Origin: an uncultured delta proteobacterium | GTDB lineage: Bacteria > Desulfobacterota > Binatia > UBA9968 | Assembly (NCBI GenBank): GCA_963755715.1 | Contig: CAVWLW010000051.1 | Span: forward strand, 56,240 to 120,239 | Reading direction: 5' to 3' | DNA length: 64,000 bases | In this document: positions 1-8,719 of the stretch, in pieces | Numbering within the stretch: position 1 is the first letter of the stretch | Layout: each line of letters starts with the position of its first letter | Notes under the pieces: model-generated | What the model saw: the letters and a program-made list of their open reading frames with translations, nothing else | What the model was told of the DNA's origin: nothing | The model's database searches: none | Translations under genes and position numbers: made by a program

Positions 1-63
1 TTGCTGGCGAAGAAAATGACCATCGCCGATCTGTTTCTTCAGATCGATGAACCGCAATCGTAA
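1..63 (+). CDS. 3' end of an upstream gene (LLAKKMTIADLFLQIDEPQS*), possibly solute-binding-protein or dihydroxyphthalate-decarboxylase-like
   Basis: Open frame 1 ends in TAA at 61-63, just before the eutA-like RBS; only 20 aa visible. Confidence 0.4.
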   Translation: MLAKKMTIADLFLQIDEPQS

Positions 64-80
64 AGGGGAACTCAGACAAC

Positions 81-1550
81 ATGGCAATTACCACCCATGA
101 GCATCAGGGACACGGCGACCACGGACACGATCATGAAGGCGCCGTCGGGCCGCACACGCACCTCACCAGTGTTGGCATCGATATCGGTTCTTCGACTTCC
201 CATCTGATGTTTTCCCAGCTGCTGATCGGTTATCCGTCGGTGCTGCAGCGAAAACCGATCGTGCTCGAACGCAACGTGATCGCGCGCTCGCCGATTTTGC
301 TCACGCCCTTCAGCGGCGATTGGAACATCGAAGCCGGTCCGCTGAGCGAGCTGGTCGACGATACATTCCAAGCCGCGGGATTGACCCGCGACGACATTGA
401 CACCGGCGCGGTGATCATCACCGGCGAAGCGGCGCGGCGCGACAACGCCCAGAAGATCGCCGAGCTGTTTTCCGACGAAGCGGGACGTTTCGTGTGCGCG
501 ACCGCAGGACCGAAGCTCGAGACGACCATGGCGGCGCACGGCTCCGGCGCGGTGCAACAGAGCCGCGAGCAAGGCCTGGTTCTGCTCAACATCGACGTCG
601 GTGGCGGCACGACGAAAATCAGCCTGATCGACAATGGCAAGATCCGCGCAACGACCGCGGTCAATATCGGCGCGCGACTGGTGGCCCACGACGGCGCGGA
701 TGTGATCGTGCGCTTGGAAAAAGGCGGTCGGCGGTTTCTTCAAGATCTTGGGCAGCGGCTGGATTTCGGCGCGAGAGTTCCCGATGATCTGCGCGCTCAG
801 CTCGCAAGTCGGATGGCGCAAGCGCTCTTCGGTGCGCTGACGACCAGCGCACAACCGTGGGAGGATTTTTACGTGATACCCGGGTTGGGCGAACTGCCGG
901 CGATCGATGGCATTCTCTTCTCGGGCGGCGTTTCGGAATATATCTACTCGCGCGAGGCCAAGGTGTTCGGCGACTTGGGTCCGTATTTAGGCCGAGCGAT
1001 TCGTCGCGAAGCGGAAAGTCGCGGTTTCAATATTCTCGAAGCGGGCGAGGGCATCCGCGCCACCGTCATCGGCGCGTCGCAGTACACCGTGCAATTGAGC
1101 GGTGAGACGATCTTCATTCCTAAATCAATGAATTTGCCGGTGCGTAATTTACGTGTCTTTGTCGCCAACGTTGGCTGGGATGCGCCGGTTGCCGATAAGG
1201 CCGAGAGCGCGGTGAAAAAAACTCTCGGCGCGCGCGATCCGGAAGTGCGCGGCACGCCGTTCGTGCTGGCGTTTTCGACGCCGCCGTTTACCGGCTACGG
1301 CGCCGTGCAAGACATGGCGCGCGGCATCGACCGCGCGCTGGAGACCTTGCCGGCCGAAGATCGCCCGGTGGCGTTGGTTTTTGTGCAGAACATCGGCCAG
1401 GTAGTCGGCGGCATGCTCTCGGCGAAATGGAACATGCCTTGCGTCGACGAGGTGAGCTTGTCCGAGCTCGACTTTATCGACATCGGCGAAGTGGTCGAGA
1501 GTGAAGGTTTCGTGCCGGTGGTGATTAAAAGTTTGGCCTTCGGAGTATGA
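81..1550 (+). CDS. eutA: EutA-family (ethanolamine ammonia-lyase reactivase-like) ASKHA ATPase
   Basis: SVGIDIGSSTSHLMFS, TGAVIITGEAARRDNA, FVCATAG, NIDVGGGTTK, FSGGVSEY, IRATVIGASQ and C-terminal VPVVIKSLAF; His-rich N-terminus. Confidence 0.88.
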   Translation: MAITTHEHQGHGDHGHDHEGAVGPHTHLTSVGIDIGSSTSHLMFSQLLIGYPSVLQRKPIVLERNVIARSPILLTPFSGDWNIEAGPLSELVDDTFQAAGLTRDDIDTGAVIITGEAARRDNAQKIAELFSDEAGRFVCATAGPKLETTMAAHGSGAVQQSREQGLVLLNIDVGGGTTKISLIDNGKIRATTAVNIGARLVAHDGADVIVRLEKGGRRFLQDLGQRLDFGARVPDDLRAQLASRMAQALFGALTTSAQPWEDFYVIPGLGELPAIDGILFSGGVSEYIYSREAKVFGDLGPYLGRAIRREAESRGFNILEAGEGIRATVIGASQYTVQLSGETIFIPKSMNLPVRNLRVFVANVGWDAPVADKAESAVKKTLGARDPEVRGTPFVLAFSTPPFTGYGAVQDMARGIDRALETLPAEDRPVALVFVQNIGQVVGGMLSAKWNMPCVDEVSLSELDFIDIGEVVESEGFVPVVIKSLAFGV

Positions 1551-1551
1551 C

Positions 1552-1728
1552 ATGAAATCGAACTTTCGCGATTCGCCGGTTTGGTTCGCACGGATGATGG
1601 GCTTGTTGTTTTCTCTCGCGGTGCTTTCGGGCACGACGATGCCGGTGGGCGAGTTTCAGATCTTCGAGCAGGCGCCGAAAGAAAAATATCCGCTCGACAC
1701 AATATTCGCCGCGTGGGCATCAGATTGA
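1552..1728 (+). CDS. Small 58-aa ORF with hydrophobic N-terminal half (not in the ORF track)
   Basis: ATG 1 nt after the eutA stop, GGAG 6 nt upstream; MKSNFRDSPVWFARMMGLLFSLAVLSGTTMPVGEFQIFEQAPKEKYPLDTIFAAWASD*. Confidence 0.4.
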   Translation: MKSNFRDSPVWFARMMGLLFSLAVLSGTTMPVGEFQIFEQAPKEKYPLDTIFAAWASD

Positions 1729-1914
1729 TATCGATCGCTTGTTGGACAGTGGAAACTTGCATGTGATAAGAACCGAAGGAGAATACAGCCGATACATGAA
1801 GTTATATAATGAAGTATTAGGAACACTCTAAGAAAATTAATTGCCGAAGCCATTCTGGCCCAAGGCAAACAACGTAAAAGCTGAAAAACCTGGTTTCGAT
1901 AGAGGGAAGGATCC

Positions 1915-2628
1915 ATGGGCGCGGCAAATGGCATCGAAAAAATGTGGGAAGAGTTAGTCGGTTTGTGTAATGCGCAATTTAGTTCGGCGCCGTTCAAACG
2001 CCTGCTCAGCGCAAAGTTCACCCAGGCGCGTGCGCAGCAGTATTCCATTCAAATGGCCTACTACGTGCAAAATCGGCGCGATTGTTGGGGTTACGTCCAG
2101 GGCTCGGCGCCGTTCGAAATCAAGAAGCTGATCTGGCAGCACGAAGAAGACGAGCTGATCGGTCAAAAAGCGCAAGGCAAGGTCGACCACATCACATTGG
2201 CGGTGAAAGAAGGCGAAGTGTTCGGCCTAAGCGCGGAGGCATTCGAGCGGACCGCGCGTCTCGAAGGCGGCGAGGTTTGTTTCAGCGCGTGGATTCGTCT
2301 GGCGCAGCGCTCCTGGTTGGAGGCTATCGCCGCATCGGCGATACTCGAAATGCGCAATTCCGGCGAGTTGATCGAAGGCGGCTCCTTATCGCAGCGCATC
2401 GGCGCCATGTTCGAGCGCGATCTCAGTATTCCCATGAAAAAGCAGATTAACAACGCCGAGCACGTGGTCATGGACGTAGAACATGCTCATCTGTTGATGC
2501 AGGTGGCGCGCACATACGCCACGACGGACTCGACCCGCCAGGCGATCCTGCGCGGCGCCAAAGAGAGTCTGATGATCGACCGGGTCTATCGCGGCCATCT
2601 CGCGGAAATAGTCGAGGCGCTGCCGTAG
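1915..2628 (+). CDS. Heme-oxygenase-like diiron enzyme (PqqC/CADD/TenA superfamily), copy 1
   Basis: HEEDE...DH, ILE and HVVMDVEH (HxxxDxxH) match the CADD-type ligand set; purine-rich RBS. Confidence 0.8.
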   Translation: MGAANGIEKMWEELVGLCNAQFSSAPFKRLLSAKFTQARAQQYSIQMAYYVQNRRDCWGYVQGSAPFEIKKLIWQHEEDELIGQKAQGKVDHITLAVKEGEVFGLSAEAFERTARLEGGEVCFSAWIRLAQRSWLEAIAASAILEMRNSGELIEGGSLSQRIGAMFERDLSIPMKKQINNAEHVVMDVEHAHLLMQVARTYATTDSTRQAILRGAKESLMIDRVYRGHLAEIVEALP

Positions 2629-2668
2629 GCACCGCGATTTTCCGCGGACAAACGGAGGAATAATATCT

Positions 2669-3373
2669 ATGGATATCGTAAACGATTTGCTGAAAACGCT
2701 GGACCAGATGGTCAACGATCAGTTCGACAGCGTGGAGTTCAAGAATTTTCTTGCCGTGCCCTTGACGCTGGAGCGCGGGCGCTTTTACGTCATTCAAAAT
2801 GCGCTTTATACCAGCAATCGGCGCGACTGCTGGGGCTACGTCCAGGGCGGCGCGCCACTGGAAGTCAAACGCGTCATTTGGCAACACGAAAGCGACGAGC
2901 TGATCAACGATCCACGCGCGGGGATGGATCATTACGCCCTCACGGTCAAACAGGGCGAAGTCATCGGTCTCAAACCTGAAGATTTCGCGAAGGCCGAGAT
3001 CCCATCGATGGTGCGCGCATGCTTTTATGCCTGGCACCATATCGCTATGCACAACCATTGGCTGACGGCTTACACGGCGTCGCACATGCTCGAACGGCGC
3101 AACAACGGCAAGATCGTCCAAAACGGCGGCATGTCGTACCGGGTCGGCAAGAAATTCGAAAACGAGCTTGGGATCAATTTAAAGAAGATGATCTCACTCG
3201 ACGTTCACGTGGTCGCCGATACCGAGCACTCGGAAAATATTTCCGAGATGTTCGAGCGCTATGTCAAAACTGGCGAAGACCGCGACCTGGTTCTAAAAGG
3301 TGCACAGGATTCGATGGCGATCGATCGCGCCTATCGCGGCGCGCTCGGTTACTACATGGAGCAGATTAACTAG
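2669..3373 (+). CDS. Heme-oxygenase-like diiron enzyme (PqqC/CADD/TenA superfamily), copy 2
   Basis: HESDE...DH, MLE, HVVADTEH; shares NRRDCWGYVQG and IDRxYRG with copy 1; RBS GGAGGA. Confidence 0.8.
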   Translation: MDIVNDLLKTLDQMVNDQFDSVEFKNFLAVPLTLERGRFYVIQNALYTSNRRDCWGYVQGGAPLEVKRVIWQHESDELINDPRAGMDHYALTVKQGEVIGLKPEDFAKAEIPSMVRACFYAWHHIAMHNHWLTAYTASHMLERRNNGKIVQNGGMSYRVGKKFENELGINLKKMISLDVHVVADTEHSENISEMFERYVKTGEDRDLVLKGAQDSMAIDRAYRGALGYYMEQIN

Positions 3374-3448
3374 ACGCTTGCCGATACGGATGATGGAACT
3401 TTTTGCATTTCAAAATAGCTTCAATCGCGAGTTAGGAGGACATAAAAC

Positions 3449-4540
3449 ATGATGAAGAATTTAAATCTCAACGAGGCATCGGCTTATTCACGAAAGAGTC
3501 CGTACGACATCTATCAGGAGTGGGAAGGAATTCCGGTATACAAAGATTTCATTATTCCGGACCTGCTGAAGTTGGAGCTCGGCGATTGGACGCGCACCGG
3601 CGGCAAGGCGGCCTTTGCCAACATGGACGGCGCCGGCGGCACTTGCGATACGGTGATCGAGGAAATCGCGCCCGGCGGACAGCTCAAACCGGTTCGACAC
3701 ATGTATGAAAAGGCGATTTTCATTCTCGAGGGCCAGGGCGCGACGACGATCTGGAATGAAGGCGGCAAGAAGCACACGCTCGAGTGGCAGAAGGGAAGTC
3801 TTTTTTCCACGCCGCTCAACACTTGGCATCAACATTTCAATGCTCAAGGTAGTGCGCCGGTGCGGATGATTTCTTTGACCGACGCGCCGGTGATTATCAA
3901 TCGCTATCGCAACCTCGACTACATTTTTAATAATAGTTTTATTTTCTCCGATCGTTACAGCGGCGGTGCCGATGAATGGGGCAAGGGCGGGCGATACGTC
4001 CCCGAAGTAAAAAAAGGGCGCGTCTGGGAATCGAACTTCATCGCCGATTTGTGGGGATTTCAACCCATCGAGTACAAAGAACGAGGCGGCGATAACCGGA
4101 CCACGCTCTTCGAGTTCGTCGATAATACCATGAGCGCGCATCTGTCAGAGTTCCCGGTCGGCAAATACAAAAAAGCCCACCGTCACGGCGCAGGAGCGCA
4201 TATCGTGATGCTCACCGGCGCCGGGTATTCTTTTCTTTGGCCGGAGGGCGAATACGGCACCAAGAAACGCGTCGAGTGGGGGCGCATGAGCATGTTCGTG
4301 CCGCCGATGCAGTGGTGGCACCAACATTTTAATCCTGGAGCCGAGCCGGCGCGTTATCTCGCGCTCAAGCCTTGGGGTTTTAAGTTCAACGTCGAGGATC
4401 TCAAGGACACTGGGGAAGACGTGAAGAGTGGCGGTGCGCAGATCGAATACCAGGATCAAAATCCGGAGATTCACAAGGTATTTCTTTCCGAATGCGCGCG
4501 GCGCGGCGCCGAAGCGCGCATGCCGATGTTCGGCACCTGA
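3449..4540 (+). CDS. Bicupin protein (gentisate 1,2-dioxygenase-like)
   Basis: Two cupin motif pairs: RHMYE...PLNTWHQHFN and AHRHGAG...PPMQWWHQHFN; RBS AGGAGG. Confidence 0.85.
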   Translation: MMKNLNLNEASAYSRKSPYDIYQEWEGIPVYKDFIIPDLLKLELGDWTRTGGKAAFANMDGAGGTCDTVIEEIAPGGQLKPVRHMYEKAIFILEGQGATTIWNEGGKKHTLEWQKGSLFSTPLNTWHQHFNAQGSAPVRMISLTDAPVIINRYRNLDYIFNNSFIFSDRYSGGADEWGKGGRYVPEVKKGRVWESNFIADLWGFQPIEYKERGGDNRTTLFEFVDNTMSAHLSEFPVGKYKKAHRHGAGAHIVMLTGAGYSFLWPEGEYGTKKRVEWGRMSMFVPPMQWWHQHFNPGAEPARYLALKPWGFKFNVEDLKDTGEDVKSGGAQIEYQDQNPEIHKVFLSECARRGAEARMPMFGT

Positions 4541-4801
4541 GCCTTCGTCAAGTTTTCATAATGGTCGCAGTCTAGCGGGAGCCGGTGGCAATTGTGTCAC
4601 CGGCTTCGCTGTCTTGCCTCACGCACCATATTATGAACTTCATGGCGGTCATTGGGAGCGACATCGAGGGTACCGGTAAGCATCTGGATAGGGTCCCCCG
4701 CATAGCACATCCGCGAGAGGGTAGAGATTTTCCTAGCCAATTTAACGCGCTTTTGCTATCATAAACCGGTTATAAAACGGTCGCTCACGTCAAAGACTCA
4801 A

Positions 4802-5173
4802 ATGCAATCACCGAAACCAACATCGGCGAACGCGGGTTTCACGCTACTTGAGCTCATCGTCGTCGTAGCTGTGTTAGGTATTCTTGCGGCTATAGCGATC
4901 CAGCAGTTCTCGCTCTTTCGCAGCCGTGCCGTGGATGCGTCCATGCGTTCGGATCTCAAGAATGGGGCGCTGGCGATGGAAAGTTACTACGGAGAATTTT
5001 TGGACTATCCGACGACTCTGAGCGCGATGCAAGTCGTCGGTTATCGAAAAACCAACGGCGTGACAATGACGATTAACGTGACCTCGCCATCGACCTTCAC
5101 CTTGAACGCGGCAATGCCGAACGGCACCCAGCCGAGCTTCACTTTCGACAGTACCACTGGTTTGATCAATTGA
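4802..5173 (+). CDS. Type IV pilin (prepilin cleavage/methylation domain)
   Basis: G|FTLLELIVVVAVLGILAAIA with E5; PilA-like helix SDLKN...MESYY...YP. Confidence 0.9.
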   Translation: MQSPKPTSANAGFTLLELIVVVAVLGILAAIAIQQFSLFRSRAVDASMRSDLKNGALAMESYYGEFLDYPTTLSAMQVVGYRKTNGVTMTINVTSPSTFTLNAAMPNGTQPSFTFDSTTGLIN

Positions 5174-5300
5174 CCGGGATGGTCGGGATCCTCGTTGGAA
5201 GCCGGCAAAGACAATTGCGGCCTTCAACCGCAGGTTAAACTTTTAGAACTAGGGCGGCGCATCAAATTCACGGCTTTCATTCTGCCAATCTCTCCTCGAG

Positions 5301-6038
5301 CTATTTCGGCGTGCGCAGGAAAAATGTCTGGCCAGTCACGAATTTCGTGGCGTCGGAAAGTAAATAACGCACGAGACCGACGATTTCGAATTTGTGGGTG
5401 AGGCCGTCCATCAGCGGTGGAATTTCTTCGCGCTTTTGAAACTGTTCCTCGGTATAACCGATTCGCGACATCGGCGTGTCGGTGGCGCCGGGGCAGACGC
5501 AGTTGACCGTGATATTGTTGGGCGCCAGTTCAACCGCGAGCGATTTGGTGAAAGCGATTACGCCGGCTTTCGACGCCGCATAATGGGCGGAGCGCGGCGC
5601 GCCGGCGACCCCTCGGCCTGAAGCGATACTGAGTATGCGGCCCTCTTTTCTCGGCATCATGTGTTTCGCCGCGGCTTGAGCGCAGAGAAACACTCCCTTC
5701 AGATTGATTCTCATCAGCCGGTCCCAGACTTCCTCCGGCATGTCGATCACCGGAATGCGATCCATGATACCGGCGCCGCAAAACGCGTAATCGATCTGAC
5801 CGTATTTAGCGATAGCCTGGCGCATCATCTCGGCGACGCTCTCGGGATCGCCGACATCGACTTTGACGGCGATGGCGGCGCCCTTGTTGTCGCGAATCTC
5901 CGCCGCGACTTTTTCCGCGGCTTCCTTCGCGTAGTCGGCAACCACAACGTTTACGCCATCCGTGGCCAAGCCCCTGCAAATATCGGAGCAAATTCCCCCG
6001 GCGCCGCCGGTGACAACGATAGTTTTACTCATATTCAA
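5301..6038 (-). CDS. Short-chain dehydrogenase/reductase (FabG-like)
   Basis: TGGAGGI, YAASK, NCVCPG motifs. Confidence 0.92.
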   Translation of the reverse strand: MNMSKTIVVTGGAGGICSDICRGLATDGVNVVVADYAKEAAEKVAAEIRDNKGAAIAVKVDVGDPESVAEMMRQAIAKYGQIDYAFCGAGIMDRIPVIDMPEEVWDRLMRINLKGVFLCAQAAAKHMMPRKEGRILSIASGRGVAGAPRSAHYAASKAGVIAFTKSLAVELAPNNITVNCVCPGATDTPMSRIGYTEEQFQKREEIPPLMDGLTHKFEIVGLVRYLLSDATKFVTGQTFFLRTPK

Positions 6039-6074
6039 ATACTCCTTAAAAAATGATTTTTTACTGACGCGCTC

Positions 6075-6093
6075 ACCGGCGTTTAGCGCCGGT
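6075..6093. terminator. Short intergenic hairpin
   Basis: ACCGGCG-TTTAG-CGCCGGT between the BtuF-like and SDR genes; no clear U-tract. Confidence 0.3.
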
Positions 6094-6191
6094 CAAACTT
6101 TTGCGGGGCGGGTGGTTACGATCATAATTTTTCCGCCAAGCCAATGCCACCCCGACAGTCGCTGAATGTCTCCAAAGCGTATCGACCTCGC

Positions 6192-7100
6192 TTAATTGAT
6201 TTTAGCTGCTTCAGTCGGCGCCGCTGACCACCCAGCTTGCTCCGGGCGAATAATCCGCGCGAGGATTTCCAAGCCGTTCACCAGGCGCGGGCCGGGGCGG
6301 CTGAAGTAAGCGCTGCCGTTGAGCGCGTAGACATTGCCTGTTTTCACCGCCGGCAGATCATTCCAGCCGTTGAGGTTTCGCAGCGGCGTGGATTCTTTGA
6401 CAGCGCGGCGCACATCAAAGCCGCAGGGCATCAGCAAGATCACGTCTGGCTTTGCATCGAGAACGCTTTGCCACTCGATCTTGAACGATGGTTCGCCTTT
6501 GCGTCCCAGCGGATCGAAGCCTCCGGCGAGTGTGACTAGCTCAGGTACCCAGTGGCCGGCAACGTAGAGCGGCTCAAACCATTCGAGACAAACGACGCGC
6601 GGGCGATATTCGGGTTCGCGGATGCCGACTTCGTCTATGCGTCGACGCAGATCCTGGACTAAATCGTCGGCGGCCGTTTCGCGGCCGGTGGCGGCGCCGA
6701 CGCGCGAAATGTCTTCGAGGACATCGGACAAGGAGTGCGGATTGAGCGATAGAATCGCGGGCATGCGCGGCAGCCGTTGCGCAGCTTTGACAACGTCATC
6801 GTAGTCGAGGGCACACACGTCGCAAAGTCCTTGTGTCAGGATGACGTCGGGACCGGATGCGAGGAAAGCGGCTTCGTCGATCGAGTACAAGCCTCTGCCT
6901 GCTTGAAGCAATTCGCCGACTCTGCGATCGATCTCCGGGCAGGACAATTGACTCGAATCAATGACACTGCGAACGACGACAGGCTTTTGCTTTGCCTCGT
7001 GGGGATAGTCGCACTCGTGGGTCACGCCGACGATCTGATCGCCGAGGCCGAGCAAATAAGCGATCTCCGTCGCGCCGGGCAGCAAGGAACAGATTCGCAT
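6192..7100 (-). CDS. Cobalamin/Fe-siderophore-binding protein family (BtuF-like)
   Basis: MRICSLLPGATEI, VGVTHECDYP, FSRPGPRLV; no signal peptide. Confidence 0.85.
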   Translation of the reverse strand: MRICSLLPGATEIAYLLGLGDQIVGVTHECDYPHEAKQKPVVVRSVIDSSQLSCPEIDRRVGELLQAGRGLYSIDEAAFLASGPDVILTQGLCDVCALDYDDVVKAAQRLPRMPAILSLNPHSLSDVLEDISRVGAATGRETAADDLVQDLRRRIDEVGIREPEYRPRVVCLEWFEPLYVAGHWVPELVTLAGGFDPLGRKGEPSFKIEWQSVLDAKPDVILLMPCGFDVRRAVKESTPLRNLNGWNDLPAVKTGNVYALNGSAYFSRPGPRLVNGLEILARIIRPEQAGWSAAPTEAAKIN

Positions 7101-7222
7101 GCGTGTATGATTAGCTTAAGTCCGTTGATTATGCCACTGCGTGATCTCGATGCGTCAGCCTTTCCGCTCGTGGAAATTCTTTGGCTAATGGGAAGATCCG
7201 CGCGAATGCGCGGGGCTACGGC

Positions 7223-8644
7223 TCAATCCACGCTCGTCAGCGGTTTTAGTTCGCGCCTGCCCACGCGCGCCACGCCACTTGCCGTGACGATCACATGCTC
7301 GCCGATTTGTACGACGCGGTTTTCCCTCATCACGTCTTGCACGGCATTTCGCTTCATGCGGAGGGCGGGTTTGAAGTCAAAAGTCATCCCGGGCGCGATG
7401 ATAATATCGGATTCTCCTCTGGAATTGGCTGGACCGAGCCGGGGACGAGAAAGGTTGGCGATGCCGCTTGAATGGAGCACGACGCCGGAGCGGTCTTCGG
7501 CGTCGGATTTTTCGACCAGCGCCGCGTAATAGTCTACCAGCTCGCCGCAGGTGGTTTTGCCAGGCACAATAGAAGCGACGCAGTCGTGGAACAGTTTGAT
7601 CGCCGTCGCCATCGCGGCTCGATAATATTCGTAGCCGGGAGTTTTGGTTCCGCCGACGAAGATCGAGTGATTGACCTGAGCCCGGTAGCCTTGCGCCGTA
7701 GCGTCGATTTCCTCGCTGATGATTTGCCCCTCTTTCAGCGGGTCGTCGGTCGGCGCTCCCAAAGTAGCATTGGCTTCGACGTCGAGCGCGATGGAAAGAC
7801 GCGTGGGATCTTCGCCGGTCTCGGCAAACATCGCGGCAAACGTCGGCAACCAAATATCGCCTTGGTGACGCGCCGGCGGACGCGCGGCGCGTCGAATAAC
7901 CTCGATGGCGTTTTCGCCGGCGGCCACGGCGCGCCGAACCACCTCGTGTTCCTCAGTACTTTTCATCATCGCGGGTTCATCGATCGGACCGGCATCGGCA
8001 CCCCATTTCTCAATGGCCAGAAATTGTACGCCCGGGAGCGCAGCCTTGAGATTTTCCAAAAAAGTGGCGGCGACTAGACCTTCGGGATCGAAGCGGCTGC
8101 CGCTGAGCTTGGCCACGCCGATGCGCGCCCCCGGATTATTCAAGCCGAGATTCTTGAACTCCGCAGCGATTGATTTTGAACCTTCACCTTGGTCGATAAC
8201 GAGTTTTCCGTCCGAGCGCCAGGCGTTTAATCGGTTTTCCCAAAAAGCGCGGTTACGCGCGGTGGAAACGAGTGCATGAACCGGCTTGGAATCGTCGCGG
8301 GGAAAAATAACATCGGCGCTGCCGCCGCGCCCGCCGATTTGCGTGAGATAGCGAGGATAAGCGGTGTCGCCGCTAGCCGGCGCCAAGATCGCGTCGAGGT
8401 TCCATTGTGGCTTCGCCATGATCCGTCGCACCGCCGACCAGCGGCGCTCGCGCTCGGCCCGCGAAAAAATCGGAATCATGACGTTGATCTTATCGTTCTT
8501 GACATCCGCCGCGTGGGCGTCTCCGAGCGACGTGAGTGACGCACGCAGAAGCGGGAGCGTAGCGCTCGTCGTTGCCAGCGACTGAAGAAACGCCCGCCGG
8601 GAGGAGAAAAAAGGACTTCGATTTGATTTGGAACTGCGACTCAT
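7223..8644 (-). CDS. Tat-exported M24 (Xaa-Pro peptidase/creatinase) family protein
   Basis: SRRAFLQ Tat motif; FSRAERERRW N-domain; MKSTEE; IGEHVIVTASG. Confidence 0.75.
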   Translation of the reverse strand: MSRSSKSNRSPFFSSRRAFLQSLATTSATLPLLRASLTSLGDAHAADVKNDKINVMIPIFSRAERERRWSAVRRIMAKPQWNLDAILAPASGDTAYPRYLTQIGGRGGSADVIFPRDDSKPVHALVSTARNRAFWENRLNAWRSDGKLVIDQGEGSKSIAAEFKNLGLNNPGARIGVAKLSGSRFDPEGLVAATFLENLKAALPGVQFLAIEKWGADAGPIDEPAMMKSTEEHEVVRRAVAAGENAIEVIRRAARPPARHQGDIWLPTFAAMFAETGEDPTRLSIALDVEANATLGAPTDDPLKEGQIISEEIDATAQGYRAQVNHSIFVGGTKTPGYEYYRAAMATAIKLFHDCVASIVPGKTTCGELVDYYAALVEKSDAEDRSGVVLHSSGIANLSRPRLGPANSRGESDIIIAPGMTFDFKPALRMKRNAVQDVMRENRVVQIGEHVIVTASGVARVGRRELKPLTSVD

Positions 8645-8719
8645 AGCTCAATTCCTCACCGTTAGTTACGCTTGGCGGTCATCACTTGCTTAATCAATAC
8701 CAAGCTTACTAGATTCGAC

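Noticed and set aside
81-1550. Ethanolamine utilisation (eut) operon
   Set aside because: No eutB, eutC or shell-protein genes in the window; only the EutA fold is supported
1796-1822. ATGAAGT direct repeat around a TATAAT upstream of the HDO genes
   Set aside because: Plausible promoter or operator, but too short to assign
1915-3373. PQQ biosynthesis (pqqC) or thiaminase II
   Set aside because: No pqqABDE or thi genes nearby, and the ligand set is CADD-like diiron
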